From assembly GCF_002571385.2 (NCBI RefSeq), contig NW_019218757.1:2786-66785 (forward strand): 64,000 bases of DNA. The letters run 5' to 3'. Positions within the stretch are counted from its first letter, which is position 1; every line of letters starts with the position of its first letter. Source of the stretch: Stylophora pistillata (lineage: Eukaryota). The notes below the pieces were generated by a model that was not told the DNA's origin, searched no databases, and was given only the letters and a program-made list of their open reading frames with translations. Both the position numbers and the translations under genes were made by a program. Below are positions 11,513 through 23,692 of the stretch, in pieces.

Positions 11513-14500
11513 ATGGCGGCCAATATGGCGAGAAGATGCTGGTGTGTTTTCCGTTGCTCGAGAGAAATGTTCTCATTCCCTTTGCGTCCTAGTAGTACAG
11601 TTCAACTACGGATGAGTAGTATCAATACAGAAGGTAGGTTCTCTAGCTATTCAAAGTGCATTTAATTATATTCTACTATTCAAAGTGCAGTAATTATTTC
11701 TTTCTTTCACCCCGGGAAAGGCAGCTGGCATCGTGCAGTGAATGCTTGCATAATTTCAGATCTAGAAACATGGACTGGGCCATGAACTGACTTATTTTTA
11801 GTTTACACATAAGGAGTAATTACCCTCCATTGTACACTGTACAGGGGAGGGGGGGTCATACATGTAGACGTTACTTACCAGCTCACTCTCACGATCCCAG
11901 TTTTAACTTCTCCTTCCTGTCTGCCCTATATGACGTTAGTTTGGAGAATTTGGTATTGGATCAACTGACAATCCCCTCAGTGAAAAAAATTTGGCAAGAT
12001 TTCCATATAACCCCATACATTAATTATGCACAGAGTGTTGCAAAGAAACCTTTATATTTAGTCTTTATGAAATGGACTGCATAATTAATGTAGGGGTGAT
12101 ATGGGAATTAATCTTTCCAAAAAATGTTCTCAATTTCTAATCACCTGTCTGCTTGATTTTGTACTGATCTTTTAAAAAGAATTTCATTCTTGGTCACTCT
12201 ATAATGTAAAGTGACTGACAGTTCTAATGTGAAAGGTCTTTACATATATTGTATTTTCTTTGATTCTCAGCTTTAGGAGCCCAGGATAATGTTGATCAGC
12301 TCACAAAAAGGAAACAGGTCAGGAGAATGCAATCTATTATTTTCAGGAAAAACAGACAGGATCCCACAATGGAAAAAGCAGCCAGAGAAGGATCTTGTGA
12401 GTCTCTTGCCATAGAGTTAATGTATATGTAAGGCTGGGAATAAGGAGAGGGACATGGTGTGTGCGGTGTTGTGGTTTTGACCCTTTTTTCAATGCGGTAT
12501 TGCGGGGAAGAACAACTGGTATTGCCATGGTTGCGGTGATCTCAAACCTCATGGTGTAGGATGCTTTTATTTTAAACCTGCAACAGTGTTCAGTGAAATA
12601 AACCATTTCCGGTGCTGCAGTTTGTTCTTTAACCATTTAAAAAACTAGATTTTGATAACTCATCAAACAAGATAAGCAATACATCCGAGTTAATCTTTGA
12701 TAGACAGTAGCTGCTTGACTCCCAGCCATGTTGGTTTATGTTTTACTTGACCTCTGGACCTCTACCACACACACTATCAACCAGCCAAAGACCAACGCAT
12801 TGAAAAGATGAGTGAAACCAGACTAGGTAAATCCTGAGAATTATTGCAGTGTGGGCATGTTGATAATATTTCTTGTGGTAACGCGGTGTTTGTTTTATTT
12901 TGTGATGCTGCAGTATTCATAACTTCTCCATGTCCCTCTCAATAAGTGTTTACAGTACTTGGATTTAAAGAACATTTTAAAGTGCTACTGTGACGAAATT
13001 TTTGCATTTTATTTTCCCAATTTTCTGGTGTTAACTTCACATTTAGACCCTAAACTATAAGAATAAGTGTAAGTTTCTCAAATTTGACAACGTTATTCCT
13101 TAAAAACAGCGCCACGAAGACATTAAAAATTCTTCTGTCATTGCTCAAATAACACACTGGGGGCCCGCGAAAATAACTACAGCAGTTTTAGTTGTGATGT
13201 CATCGACTCACTTCAACAATGTTGTGAAGGCATGCCTTTACAAGAAATACGCAAAAGAAAGCTGGGGAACAATTCTTTTGAATTTTATTCCTTCTTTCCT
13301 GCGGAACCAGAAAAACAACTCTCTCAGCATACCAAATTAGCCACGTTTGTTGAGTCATTGACTTCACTTCCGTTCTCGACCCAGTTTCTTCTTCTTCATG
13401 TGGAGTTCTGTATTTCGAAGAATGGCAGCCGTTTAGATCACGAATCTACAGGGAAAATAGTATCACTTCTCAATGGGGTTTTGCCTTAAGATTTGGAAAA
13501 TTTGTTACTTAGGGTGAGTACTTTCAACCTCTGAGGAGAAAAGAAAAGGTGTATTTTTGGTTGCAGTAGCACTTTAAGGTATTGAAGGGTTGTGAAAAAA
13601 ACAGTTAACATAATTTATTTAATTATTAATTTAATCATTTTGTTCAAAATTTCTTCAACTTTCATGTTGAAACCTCCTCTCAGATATGTCATCTACCTAT
13701 AAATGCACGGTATTAATTTAGCTTATTCCTAATGCAAGGCTTTACTTTCAACAGTACTCATTCCACTGGAAGCTGTTCAAAAGGAGTGGAAAGCAAAGAA
13801 TGAATTATCCACAACAACAAAGCTAGCTAGGCACTATGACATTTTTAAGCACATTTTCAATGGAGAAGAATTTACAGCAAAAACTAGGATGTCAGTAACA
13901 TTTGGAGAAACAGATCATGTGATTTATGGAAATTTTTTGAGGCCATCTCAGGTACATCAAATGAAATAATCAAATGTACTGTTACCACCAGTGAAGTTCC
14001 CAAACATGTGTATGTCAACTGATGTATTTTAGAACCAGCAAAAAAACTCAGATCATGGTGCTATAGGTAAAAAAAACTTGCAGTGAAGTTTGTTTCAAGT
14101 TATTTCTTTTCCTTCTGTTGTAAGCTCAGAGCAGAATTGCAAGCCTTATGAGCAAGTCATTCAATTATATGATAATTCCTGTACAAATATTTCCTGGTAT
14201 GTCTATTCATGTTTTGTAAGAAGGTCAGTACAGTGGACCAACTGATGCAACAGACAGTTTGTATTAATACTTCAAAACAAAGGACGTTTATGTGATCATT
14301 TCATTTGTATTATTTGTATAAACAGTACTCTATATTGTTCCCCACTTCACCAATTAATAATGAATTACTGGTAACCTTCGTAGGCCACTACTCAACCAAC
14401 TGTCAGTTATACCTGTGAAGACGACAGCCACTGGACAGTGATATTTAGCAATCCAGGTAACAGGTGTATTGAGTGTTGGAGTAATATATGTGCCCCTGTA

Positions 14501-17500
14501 CTTAGAGTTACCTTACCTGAGAGAAAGTGTTTTTTAAACCATTTTTCTAAACACCTGCAAACCTTTCAGAAATATGAATTCTTACTTGTGTGGAGTTGTT
14601 AATTCCTTTCTCAGTGTTAGATGGAAGTAAAGCCTGGCTGAGAAAAGACTCAGTTTTTAAACTTTTTTTTTCTGATCTCCTCTAATTTATAACTTTCAAA
14701 TTTGTGCAACTTGGCAGTAGATTAAATCAAGTGAACATGGTAAAATGCAAATTGTAATCAAAACTTTTATTATTTACAGATGGTAACCTGATAGACAGAG
14801 ACACAGAATTTTTACATTGGATGGTGTAAGTTTTATATAAGTTCTATGAAGTTTTTCTGATTGATTTATAATTTATGTATTTAATATCCTTTTCAAATGA
14901 TCCTGAAATCTTTGAAATGTTTGTAACCTCAGAATCAATTAATTTTTAGTGTTCTATATTAAATATTCTCCAGTGTGATCCCAGCCTCTAAAATCTTTTA
15001 TATAGAAGCTTTTGGTTAGTTGCTTTCCAGTTAAGTTTCAGTGGAGCAATGATACAGATACTTACAAAACGTCATAATCTTTCAGAATTGATCATTGAAA
15101 CTAAATATGGCATAATTTGTTTGGAGATTTTCATTGTCCTTTTATTGCAGTGTCACCTGACACATTTTGTTTAATTTGTTTTCAGAGTAAATATTCCTGG
15201 CTCAAGAATAAATGATGGTGATGTTCTTTGTGATTATCTTCCACCAGTGCCAGCTCATGGAACAGGCTTTCATAGATTTGTTTTCTCTCTACTCAAACAA
15301 TCTGGCAAATTGGATTTAACAAATTATGTCTGTAGGGATGGAAGGTATTTTGCAAACATGTCTTTTTTTGTCAGGTTTTGGAATACTGAAAAGATCTTGA
15401 ATTACATTTTGTAGTACCTGGGGTGTTTAAGTTAAACTTTAAGTGAGATGGAGACAATTATTTAATTTAAGGAAAGTGCTGATTCATATTCTTCCAAATT
15501 GTGGCCAGACATGATTTCTTTTTCTGGTATAAAACTTGAACATAAAAAACCACCTACAAAGTACACTTGTAGTAATTGTGTTCAAAATATTTTTCAAAAT
15601 CTCGTGTATTCACAAATTTTTTAAAAAGGATGATGTAAATGTACAAAGCAAACACTGCAACCTTATTTTCAATAGCTACATTTAGTAAAGCAACCACGAT
15701 CACTCATCTGAAGAAACAGGGGAGAGGGGTTGTTCATTCAAAGGGGGTGGTGTTTATTTTAAATTTTAAATTTTGGTGGATGAGAATAGTGCTTTTTCAA
15801 AGGGGCACTTAATTGTAGAAAAGTGCTTACCTAATATCATGTCCATTATTTTATACCCAACAGAGATTGAAATAAGTGGATAGCCAGCTCTTTAAGGACA
15901 AACTCTCTTCCAGGGCCCTTGTATGTCCTTGTGACTGACTGCTCAGTATTTTGTTGGCTAACCTTTGCTGTTTATTTTACCTGGCACCCAATTTTAAGTT
16001 TGGAGTAAAAAGTATGAAAAAGTTCAAAAGCACAAGAACAGAATGAAAAAGCTGCAGCTCATTTGCACATCAGAATCAAGAATGGACAAGTGTAGTACAT
16101 TTATTTATTTTCATATGTCATGGTAATGTATCTTCTAAAAGTATGATTTTCAATTTTCAACAGAGATATCACTTGTCGTACCTTCTCTACAGCAAAGTTT
16201 ATATCTGATCACAAGAAGTTTTTGACCCCAGCTGGACTGCGTTTCTTCCAAGCTACTTGGGATGAGAGTGTTACTGAAACATATACGGAAATATTAGGTA
16301 AGGTGTTTTTATAGTATTTATTTAACGTAAAATTGCAGTTTACTGTATTCAAGGTGAGCTATTTGAGTCAAGTTGAGCCAAAAGGGTTAACAACTCATAT
16401 TGTACCGGCCCTTTGGATAAAAATAAAAGGTCTGATTATTAAACAAAGTTTAGCTGTTGGTTAACAAAACTGCATTCTACACAATCCTCAATTTAGCTGA
16501 ACTTTTTATCTGGACATTATTTTGTGTTTGGGAACAGTGTCAAGAGGGCCATAAGCTATCAGTGAGAGGACATTTATTTAATTGAATCAACCCTTAAATA
16601 GGGAAGGCCTGAGGCTCACTGATTGCATGAAACCGTGGTTTGGGTTAGCCCCTGTGTAAATAACTGATCCTACATTTTTTAGCTGCCAGTAGACTTTACA
16701 ATAAAAGTTTTTATTACCATGCAAATGTGAATAGTGATGCAGTTTCCGTCTACTGTATCTTGGCATTCTTTATGCATTTATATTATTGAGTGTCAAGATA
16801 GCAAAGCAGAGTGTCTGGCATACAGACCTTGACTCTGTGTAGTTCTATTTTTATTATTATTATTATTATTATATTACTATCAAACCATTGTCAAACAAAA
16901 TTAATCAAGGCTCCACTTTAATAAGTGATAAAACACCCTGTCATGCTATTTTATTTAAATATTAATTATTTAATTAACCCATTAATAGCCGCAGCTTTTG
17001 TGAAAAACTGTGTTTTGAAGCTAGTCGAGCAGATTTTGGGTCACTGTTGTGATTTTAAAAGCTCAAACTTACCAAAAACCCATTGACAGCTTGTACACTT
17101 GACGGCCTTTTGATCCAAATGCAAAATGGCAGCCTGAAAATCTCGGGCAGGTGCAGAAAGCAAAATTTCGAGATAGTTTTTGGGTTGAAAAGTAATGCCC
17201 CACATACGACTTTTACTTTTCTCTCTTTCTCCTGCCCTTTTTTCCCCCTCTCCTTGCCTGAAGTTTCTCCTCACTTGCTGGAAATTTAGTAGGCTTCATT
17301 TTGGTGTAGAGATTTTTTAGGAAACTACTCATTATTTTCAAACCACATGCTCAGAAAGGTAGGTGGGTAATGGAACAAGATTTTCGTGCAGATTTTCAGG
17401 TCAAAGTTACATGGTTTTTTGGCTATTTCTCCAATCCCCTTCACTCAATTGCCCTCATTCTGGTATCCTTTGTAAGATATTTTCAACCTGTTCAAGTACG

Positions 17501-17794
17501 TGCTCAAAGTCGTGCTCCAGGGTTAAAAGTGATGACGTCAGAAGGCATAGAAAGGGTGTGGGTCCACATGGGCACATATGGGTGCACTGGACGTCAATAG
17601 GTTAATTAAATAATTATTTCACAATTACTATGATCATAATTATTTTTTATGGTTATTGTAATTGATCCAGCAATCACATTCATATTTCAGGTATGACAGA
17701 ACCTGTTTTCAAGCCTAAAGAATTTTTAACTCCTGAACAAATAAGGAAAATCATTATCAGAGAAGTGTCTGAAAAGAAATACAGGAATATGTGA
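11513..17794 (+). CDS. MRPL38: Mitochondrial 39S ribosomal protein L38 (PEBP-domain mL38), 319 aa, 8 exons
   Basis: Exons 11513-11633, 12271-12396, 13755-13951, 14384-14456, 14780-14825, 15186-15344, 16164-16297, 17691-17794 (960 nt, phases consistent). Arg-rich presequence; motifs EKAAREGSLLIPLEAVQKEW, SNPDGNL...EFLHWMVVNIPG, YLPPVPAHGTGFHRFVF, TPAGLRFFQATWDESV. AATAAA at 17884. Confidence 0.95.
11993..12108. mobile_element. ~115-bp MITE, copy 2 (MRPL38 intron 1), nested in an older repeat
   Basis: Direct copy of 10884-10999 with the same TIRs. Confidence 0.8.
12445..12940. mobile_element. Non-autonomous DNA transposon with 13-bp TIRs and a 6-bp TSD
   Basis: GAGAGGGACATGG ... CCATGTCCCTCTC, flanked by AATAAG on both sides (12439-12444, 12941-12946). 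Confidence 0.8.
12981..13573. mobile_element. Kolobok-like non-autonomous DNA transposon
   Basis: TTAA|AGTGCTACTG ... CAGTAGCACT|TTAA: TTAA TSD with RR...YY termini. Confidence 0.75.
16978..17601. mobile_element. piggyBac-like non-autonomous element in MRPL38 intron 7
   Basis: TTAA|CCCATT ... AATAGG|TTAA: TTAA TSD with CC...GG termini. Confidence 0.65.
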
Positions 17795-18840
17795 TATTTT
17801 TTATACGGCTGATAAACAAGACCATAACTTGTAAAATATCATCTGTAGTAAACAGTGCACTTCCTATGCACTGTTTCACTGTAAATAAAATTATTCCTTT
17901 TGCATTGTTGCACACAATTTGTATTTTGCTAGTCAGACCAACTGTACAGTAAACCTTTAATGCCCTACATCTTCTTTGAATGTTTCTCCTAGTTACAGCA
18001 GCCATTTTCTCTAAATGCATCAAGACAATTTGGAGATATATGCTATCAATTTTGTTCCATCTGATATACTTATTTATTCTTGTAAATTGATCTGGTCAAG
18101 ATTTGGATCAGTAGGATGTTTTAAGTACAATTTTAGTATTATGAATTTGTTATTAGGTATTTTTATACTTAGTGGATAATCGGTAATAATGTATTTTACC
18201 CTCGGTAAATAAAGTGTTTGTTTGTTTCTTTGGATACATAAAGCATACTAAATTGTCAGACTGTGTATATCTGTACAATTAGATTTTATTGTATCTCCTA
18301 GTTAGTAGACTTTGGTTAATTTAGAGGGCTATATTTCACTTTACAGCCCTCTAAATTCTAAATTTGTTTAAATTGCTATCGTCTTTCCTTATTTGAACCC
18401 AGAGATAGGATAAATATTTTACTAACCTTGTTTTCGTGGTTTGTACTCTTTTTTTTTTTGGCTGGATGTATTGCCCATGAACTATGTACTTTGGCCATAA
18501 TTTGAGCTGAGTAAAATTAGCCTGCAACTTACAGTATGGTACAGACCTTGAATTTGGTTAAAAGAGATATGTTTCAAAAAAATCTCTATGCAAAACCAAT
18601 GGAAGAAGAGTTGAAGTTAGAGATGAAGAAGAGGAGAAGTTAGTGAAGAGTTGAAGTTAACTTTCTCTGGGTACCAGAGTTTGCAGCTAGCTATCCAACA
18701 TACTTACTCTTACAGTTTCTGGTTGTTTAGTAAGCATGAAAGAGTTTGTCCTTTTCCAGGTAGTTCATAAAGTAAAGTGTTGGTAGGATGCCCACCTTGC
18801 TTTCCATTGGTTGCCAAGAAAAATGTCTCGCTGAGGGTCT

Positions 18841-19056
18841 TTAATCCCTGGGCCTCCAAGAGTGACTAGCATCTAATTTCTGCTTACAATATCACCCCAG
18901 GATCACATATTAAGGTCATGAGAATGAAAAGAAATTAATGATCAAAACTAAAGAAGCTCTTGATTGTGAAACAACTTCTCCTTGTCAGAGCCTTAGGACA
19001 TGTTTAGAGATCAGTATGGAGAATATGCATTCTGATGTTTGCATGTAAAGGGTTGA
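18841..19056. mobile_element. TTAA-flanked piggyBac-like MITE (related degenerate copies at ~23486-23658 and ~28550-28836)
   Basis: TTAATCCCT...AAAGGGTTGA ends, with an internal AGTGACTAGCATCTAATTTCT...GGAGAATATGCATTCTGATGT sequence shared among copies. Confidence 0.6.
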
Positions 19057-19654
19057 CGCAGCAGGAAAGGAAATTATAGTTAATGAAAAGAGTTACCTTT
19101 CTGTAAACCTAAGGCCAGAGTTGAAATCCAAATTTGATTTCATAACCATCTAATATGGAGATGCAGAGAATGAAAAATATCTGTTATTGGTAATCATTTA
19201 GTGGTTTCTTACAGACTGTGCCCTTCATTTCCTCTTGGCCAGAGGCATGATCTTGAATTATATCGTGTTAAATCTCTAGAAGGAAAATCACTTTTAATTA
19301 AATATTAAGATTGATGAAATGCAAAATTATGTTGAAACTTACGGTTTTAATATCGCTCCAAATAACTTTTGCTACCTGGAATGATTTAGCTGATAAGGAT
19401 TTAGCAAACAATAGAGTTGCATGTCAGTGCATGTAATACAGCAGTCTAAGTCAAATTCTGCACAAGGAGTGTTCTGTGGATGGCAACTAAGCTGATTGAC
19501 TGTCTCCCCTCTTGGAAGCCAAATGATCATTTTTCATTATCTGAAAAGAATATCAATTTAAAATTATTCTATTCCAACATCATGCTGTACCCTAAATTCT
19601 CTAGTTGAAACACTATTTACAGAGTCATTTCAGTCCTGAAATGTTAATCTCAAC

Positions 19655-21031
19655 TCATTTGTAATTGTTTAAGAGGTATGTCTTGATACCATTTGGCACT
19701 GGAAGTGAATTGATTTGATTTCCTGGCACACTGTGTAAGATCACTACTCTGCACAAATGTTTCAAGTCAAATCTCATGGGCATTGCCCAAACTCGAGCCA
19801 TACTGTCACTATAACCAGCAGCTACATACTGCTGTGATTTAGAAAAAGCAATGCAGTAAACAGTGGTATTTTGAATTCTGAGACCAAAAGGGCTGGGTTC
19901 TGTTTTGCATTCTAAACAAAAGAGCGTATCCAGACTTTCTGAATTTAGCATAATAATATTGGCATCTGACGTTCCAACAGCAATCATCTGTCCGTCAGGG
20001 GAATACTGGCAGGAGTACAACATTCGGGAAAATGATACTTTACGTTCTTTCTCCCGTGCATAGCGCAGTTCACCAGCATGGGCACTGGAAAGAACTTCGA
20101 CCTTACGCCAGATTTCCACGCGACCATCCTGCAAACAACACGCAAGCACCTCGAATCTCCACGCAGGATTATAGACACTCCAGCACATATTTCCTCTGCA
20201 TCTTCTCCTTAGAACGGTCACGACATCCAGATTTTTGCTACGTAAGATGCACAGTTGTTCTTTGGATGTCGAGACAGCGAGGTATTGACCATCGGGAGAG
20301 AATTCACAACGGGTAACGAAGCCACAGAAGTCTGTTATATCGCGCAATACAACTCTCGCCTCGATCTGCATGGACTTCACGTTCCACAATCGCAGCTCGT
20401 TGGTCTCCCTCATACTATGGAAATCGAGGGAAGCAGCGCTTACAATGTGGCGAGCATCTGGTGAAAACTTACAGCAAAGTGTTTGACCAGTCATTCCGGT
20501 GCAACAAGGCTGAAATTTATCCCCTCGTTCTGCGATTTCGCCTTGAGAATTTCGGTTTCGTCTGATAATCGCGACTTCTCCTTGCCCAGAGTTAGTAAGG
20601 AAAGATACTAGATTGCCGTCGGACGAGATGTCGCACTCTTGCGAGTGATAAGTGAGGAGTTCCCTTTTGCAATACCCTGAGTTTATATCAAATTCTCTTA
20701 AATGGCCGAGTCCTATATCAGGGGTAAACGGTCCGCAAGGAGTTGGTGTAGTTGATGTCAAAAGCAAAGCTTCGTCGTCAGGTGAAAACACACAACAGTG
20801 AACCTCTTCGTGATACGTTCTGGGTTGTTCATCTTCTTCATCTTCGTCTTCTAAGTTTGTTTCAGAACCACGATAATGACGAAACTCAGCCACGATTCGA
20901 GGAAAATTAGAGTATACAACGCTTGAATTTCCTTCGACTGATCTCCTCAACGGCCGAACTGGTCGATTAGGATATATGACAGGTGTTGGTTTGTCGATCT
21001 TCCTTCGTGACTTAATCAGCTTGTTACCCAT
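19655..21031 (-). CDS. Intronless WD40-repeat and SOCS-box protein (WSB-like Cullin5 E3 substrate receptor), 458 aa
   Basis: Multiple WD40 units (CCVFSPDD, CCKFSPDA, CEFSPDGQYLA, CQYSPDGQMIAVG, AAGYSDSMARVW). C-terminal BC box DLKHLCRVVI and Cul5 box LPVPNGIKTYL. Confidence 0.92.
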   Translation of the reverse strand: MGNKLIKSRRKIDKPTPVIYPNRPVRPLRRSVEGNSSVVYSNFPRIVAEFRHYRGSETNLEDEDEEDEQPRTYHEEVHCCVFSPDDEALLLTSTTPTPCGPFTPDIGLGHLREFDINSGYCKRELLTYHSQECDISSDGNLVSFLTNSGQGEVAIIRRNRNSQGEIAERGDKFQPCCTGMTGQTLCCKFSPDARHIVSAASLDFHSMRETNELRLWNVKSMQIEARVVLRDITDFCGFVTRCEFSPDGQYLAVSTSKEQLCILRSKNLDVVTVLRRRCRGNMCWSVYNPAWRFEVLACCLQDGRVEIWRKVEVLSSAHAGELRYAREKERKVSFSRMLYSCQYSPDGQMIAVGTSDANIIMLNSESLDTLFCLECKTEPSPFGLRIQNTTVYCIAFSKSQQYVAAGYSDSMARVWAMPMRFDLKHLCRVVILHSVPGNQINSLPVPNGIKTYLLNNYK

Positions 21032-23692
21032 TTTGATATCGGCAAGGAAACTAGCACGAAAACCTCTTAATTTTCAAGTACGTGCCAGTGTCTCCCTTAG
21101 TTTAAAAAGGCAACGAAGCGATAACTTCCAAAGGCGAAGTTGGGCGGGACAGCAGCAACATTGTAAGGGAAAAAGTTGAAACCGTCAACAACGACAACCG
21201 ATCGTTTCCAATCGTAAACATGGCGGTTTTCATGGATGATTCCGCTGTACATTAAAATCGATGTGAAGCGAGAAAAAAACTATATCACAAGAAGGAAGGA
21301 GGGAAATTGTATTTGAGCGTAAAATATCAATATCGTGGGCGTCCCATTTTCATGAATTACTAAATGGATAGGGGTTCTAATAAGTCGAGAGGTCTTGTCT
21401 CCAACAGGGTGTGAGGTTTAGTTGTCTAGTAATGGGAAATGTAAGTGCCTGAGCAACATTATCAGTCTTTATTATTCTCTTTGTAAATATTGACTTTTTG
21501 ACTATTTATCGTTCACAAGTATTTGAAAGATTTAATTCCAAACAGTTGGTTTTATGTTGATGATTTTACCAGAGAAACACTTATTTTGCTTCAGCCATGC
21601 AAGTTAATTTATATGCAGTTTATGTTTTAGGTTTATTATTAGATAGGAATTAATAAAGTAGTTAAAATACCCACTATCACTCTACATTGATTATTATTCT
21701 TTCATTATAGCAGGTAGCAAAATAAACAGAATTTGTTTTTAAAAAAAGGTTGGGACTTGAGGTAGGAAATTTATTGGAGCAAAAAATATGATGGAGCCAA
21801 TTAAGTTAACTAAAAGCCAAGGTGTAACAGTCTGCCAGCTGGGCAGCTGTTTCCACCTGGTTATGTCTTGTCAACATGGTGTGACAGGAAAAATACAACA
21901 AACACCAGTGTGTTTGTTCAAAGCTTCAAAAAGCTTATCTGGGGGAAGTGAAAATTTTCTACCCAGGTTTTTACTTAATGTTTATCAGAAAATTGAAATC
22001 ATGATCACTCAAATTTCTGTTTTGAGTTTTTTTCAAAATTTTTGTCCAAAGAAGAATGGTAAATTAAAAATAAAATCCCTATCTATACTAAATGGCCAAA
22101 TTAATCTTAGTTAGTAAATCACCTTGTTAAATTTACAATATACTATTACTGCTCAATCTCAAATTGCATTTTTACTTAAGCTGTGGGTTTTAAAGTTCAG
22201 CCAGAAAAAAAAAAATTGAGAACTCTCTCTTACATTAACCTGTGCTGCAGCCGGAGGTGTCACACAATCCCCGGTATAGTCCAATGCTTTAGACTGTTTG
22301 CGACACAGGCTATCTTACGTGTGTCCAAAATGGAAAAAAATTTGAAAAAAAATTTGAAAAGGTAGTGATGGTGGGGTGGGGGACGGAAGTAATTTTGAAA
22401 AGACATTGTTCAGATACCATTCTTTACATGAGAAATAAACAGGTATTAATCAAAAATAAGTTACTCTCAATTGTACAAAAGGACCCACCTCTTCCCCAAG
22501 GATATTAAATGGAGTATTACAAGGGCATTTGTAGTAACGATACTCTCTCATCAGTAAATTTAGAATTTCCCTCTTCCCTCTTTTCAAACCCACCCCAGTT
22601 CTTTTCAGAACCAAAAAAGTCAATGATCAACGATTAGTGTCCTTTTCTTGTCTTTTTAACTGTAGGTTCAGCCAAAAGTGTGATCTTGAGATTTTTTTTT
22701 GCACAAAAATACTTGGCTGTAAGATGCACCCCAATTTCAGCACCAACTTTCCACGCGAAGACAGAATTTTCTTGAAAAAACTGTGTGCCTTTTAACTGAG
22801 AAACTATGTAACTGTGTAGCTAGAAAATACTGTGACTTGCAGATACTCTTTAACAATTCCATATAGTTGCTCCAAAATAAGGAGCTGAATTTTTGGAAGC
22901 ACGGTTGGCACTATAAGCCAGAATTTGTTGCTTTGACACAGAAAGCTTTTTGACTGGAAGTCAATCAGGGATTTCTGTAAATCAGATTTGAAGAATGACC
23001 TAATGGCAACTCTTTCTTGAAGGTTAATGTTTGTCTTGATTAATTTGAAATGTGTGAGGTAGTCTAACACAGTAAATGACCCCAACAATGTTTGACAAAG
23101 TTCAGTTGCAGACTGACACCAAAGTCTGAACCATATGGTCACTTTTTCGAGTGATGACCACCCAAGCCTCATGTTATTAATTTTTTAAACTCTGAAAAGA
23201 GACCTCCTTGTCTTATAATATTGAAATATAACAATTATTTTACAACACTGTTTTACAGTGGTAGAGCTACTTCAATTCCAGTCACCCACCATTGCTGACC
23301 AACCACAATACAGCCTATCCCAAAGAACACATTTAAGGCAATGACATTACTTTTTTTACTGACTGAGGTGGTGAATTGTTGTGTAGCAAGCTGAGATGAA
23401 CTCCATTTCCTCACCCATTAGTCTATACTGTGACTGGTCTTGGGTGCCTTATCAATGAAATTATTAATTGTGCAACAAAACTGTATTAACCCTACACACC
23501 TTTACATCAGTAAGCATAATTCTCCATGTTATTCTCTTCATATTTCCTAAGGTGCATACACTGAGTATTTGTTTCTTAATCCAGAGCTTCTTAGGCTGGG
23601 GATCATTTCCTTTATTCATCTTAACTTTGTGAGGAGAAATTGGGGTTCAAAAGTTTAAACTAAGTATTTTAACCAACCAGATAAATTATAAT

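Noticed and set aside
21216-21255. Divergent gene starting AAACATGGCGG upstream of the WSB-like gene
   Set aside because: The frame closes after 11 codons with no donor; more likely a YY1-type promoter motif.
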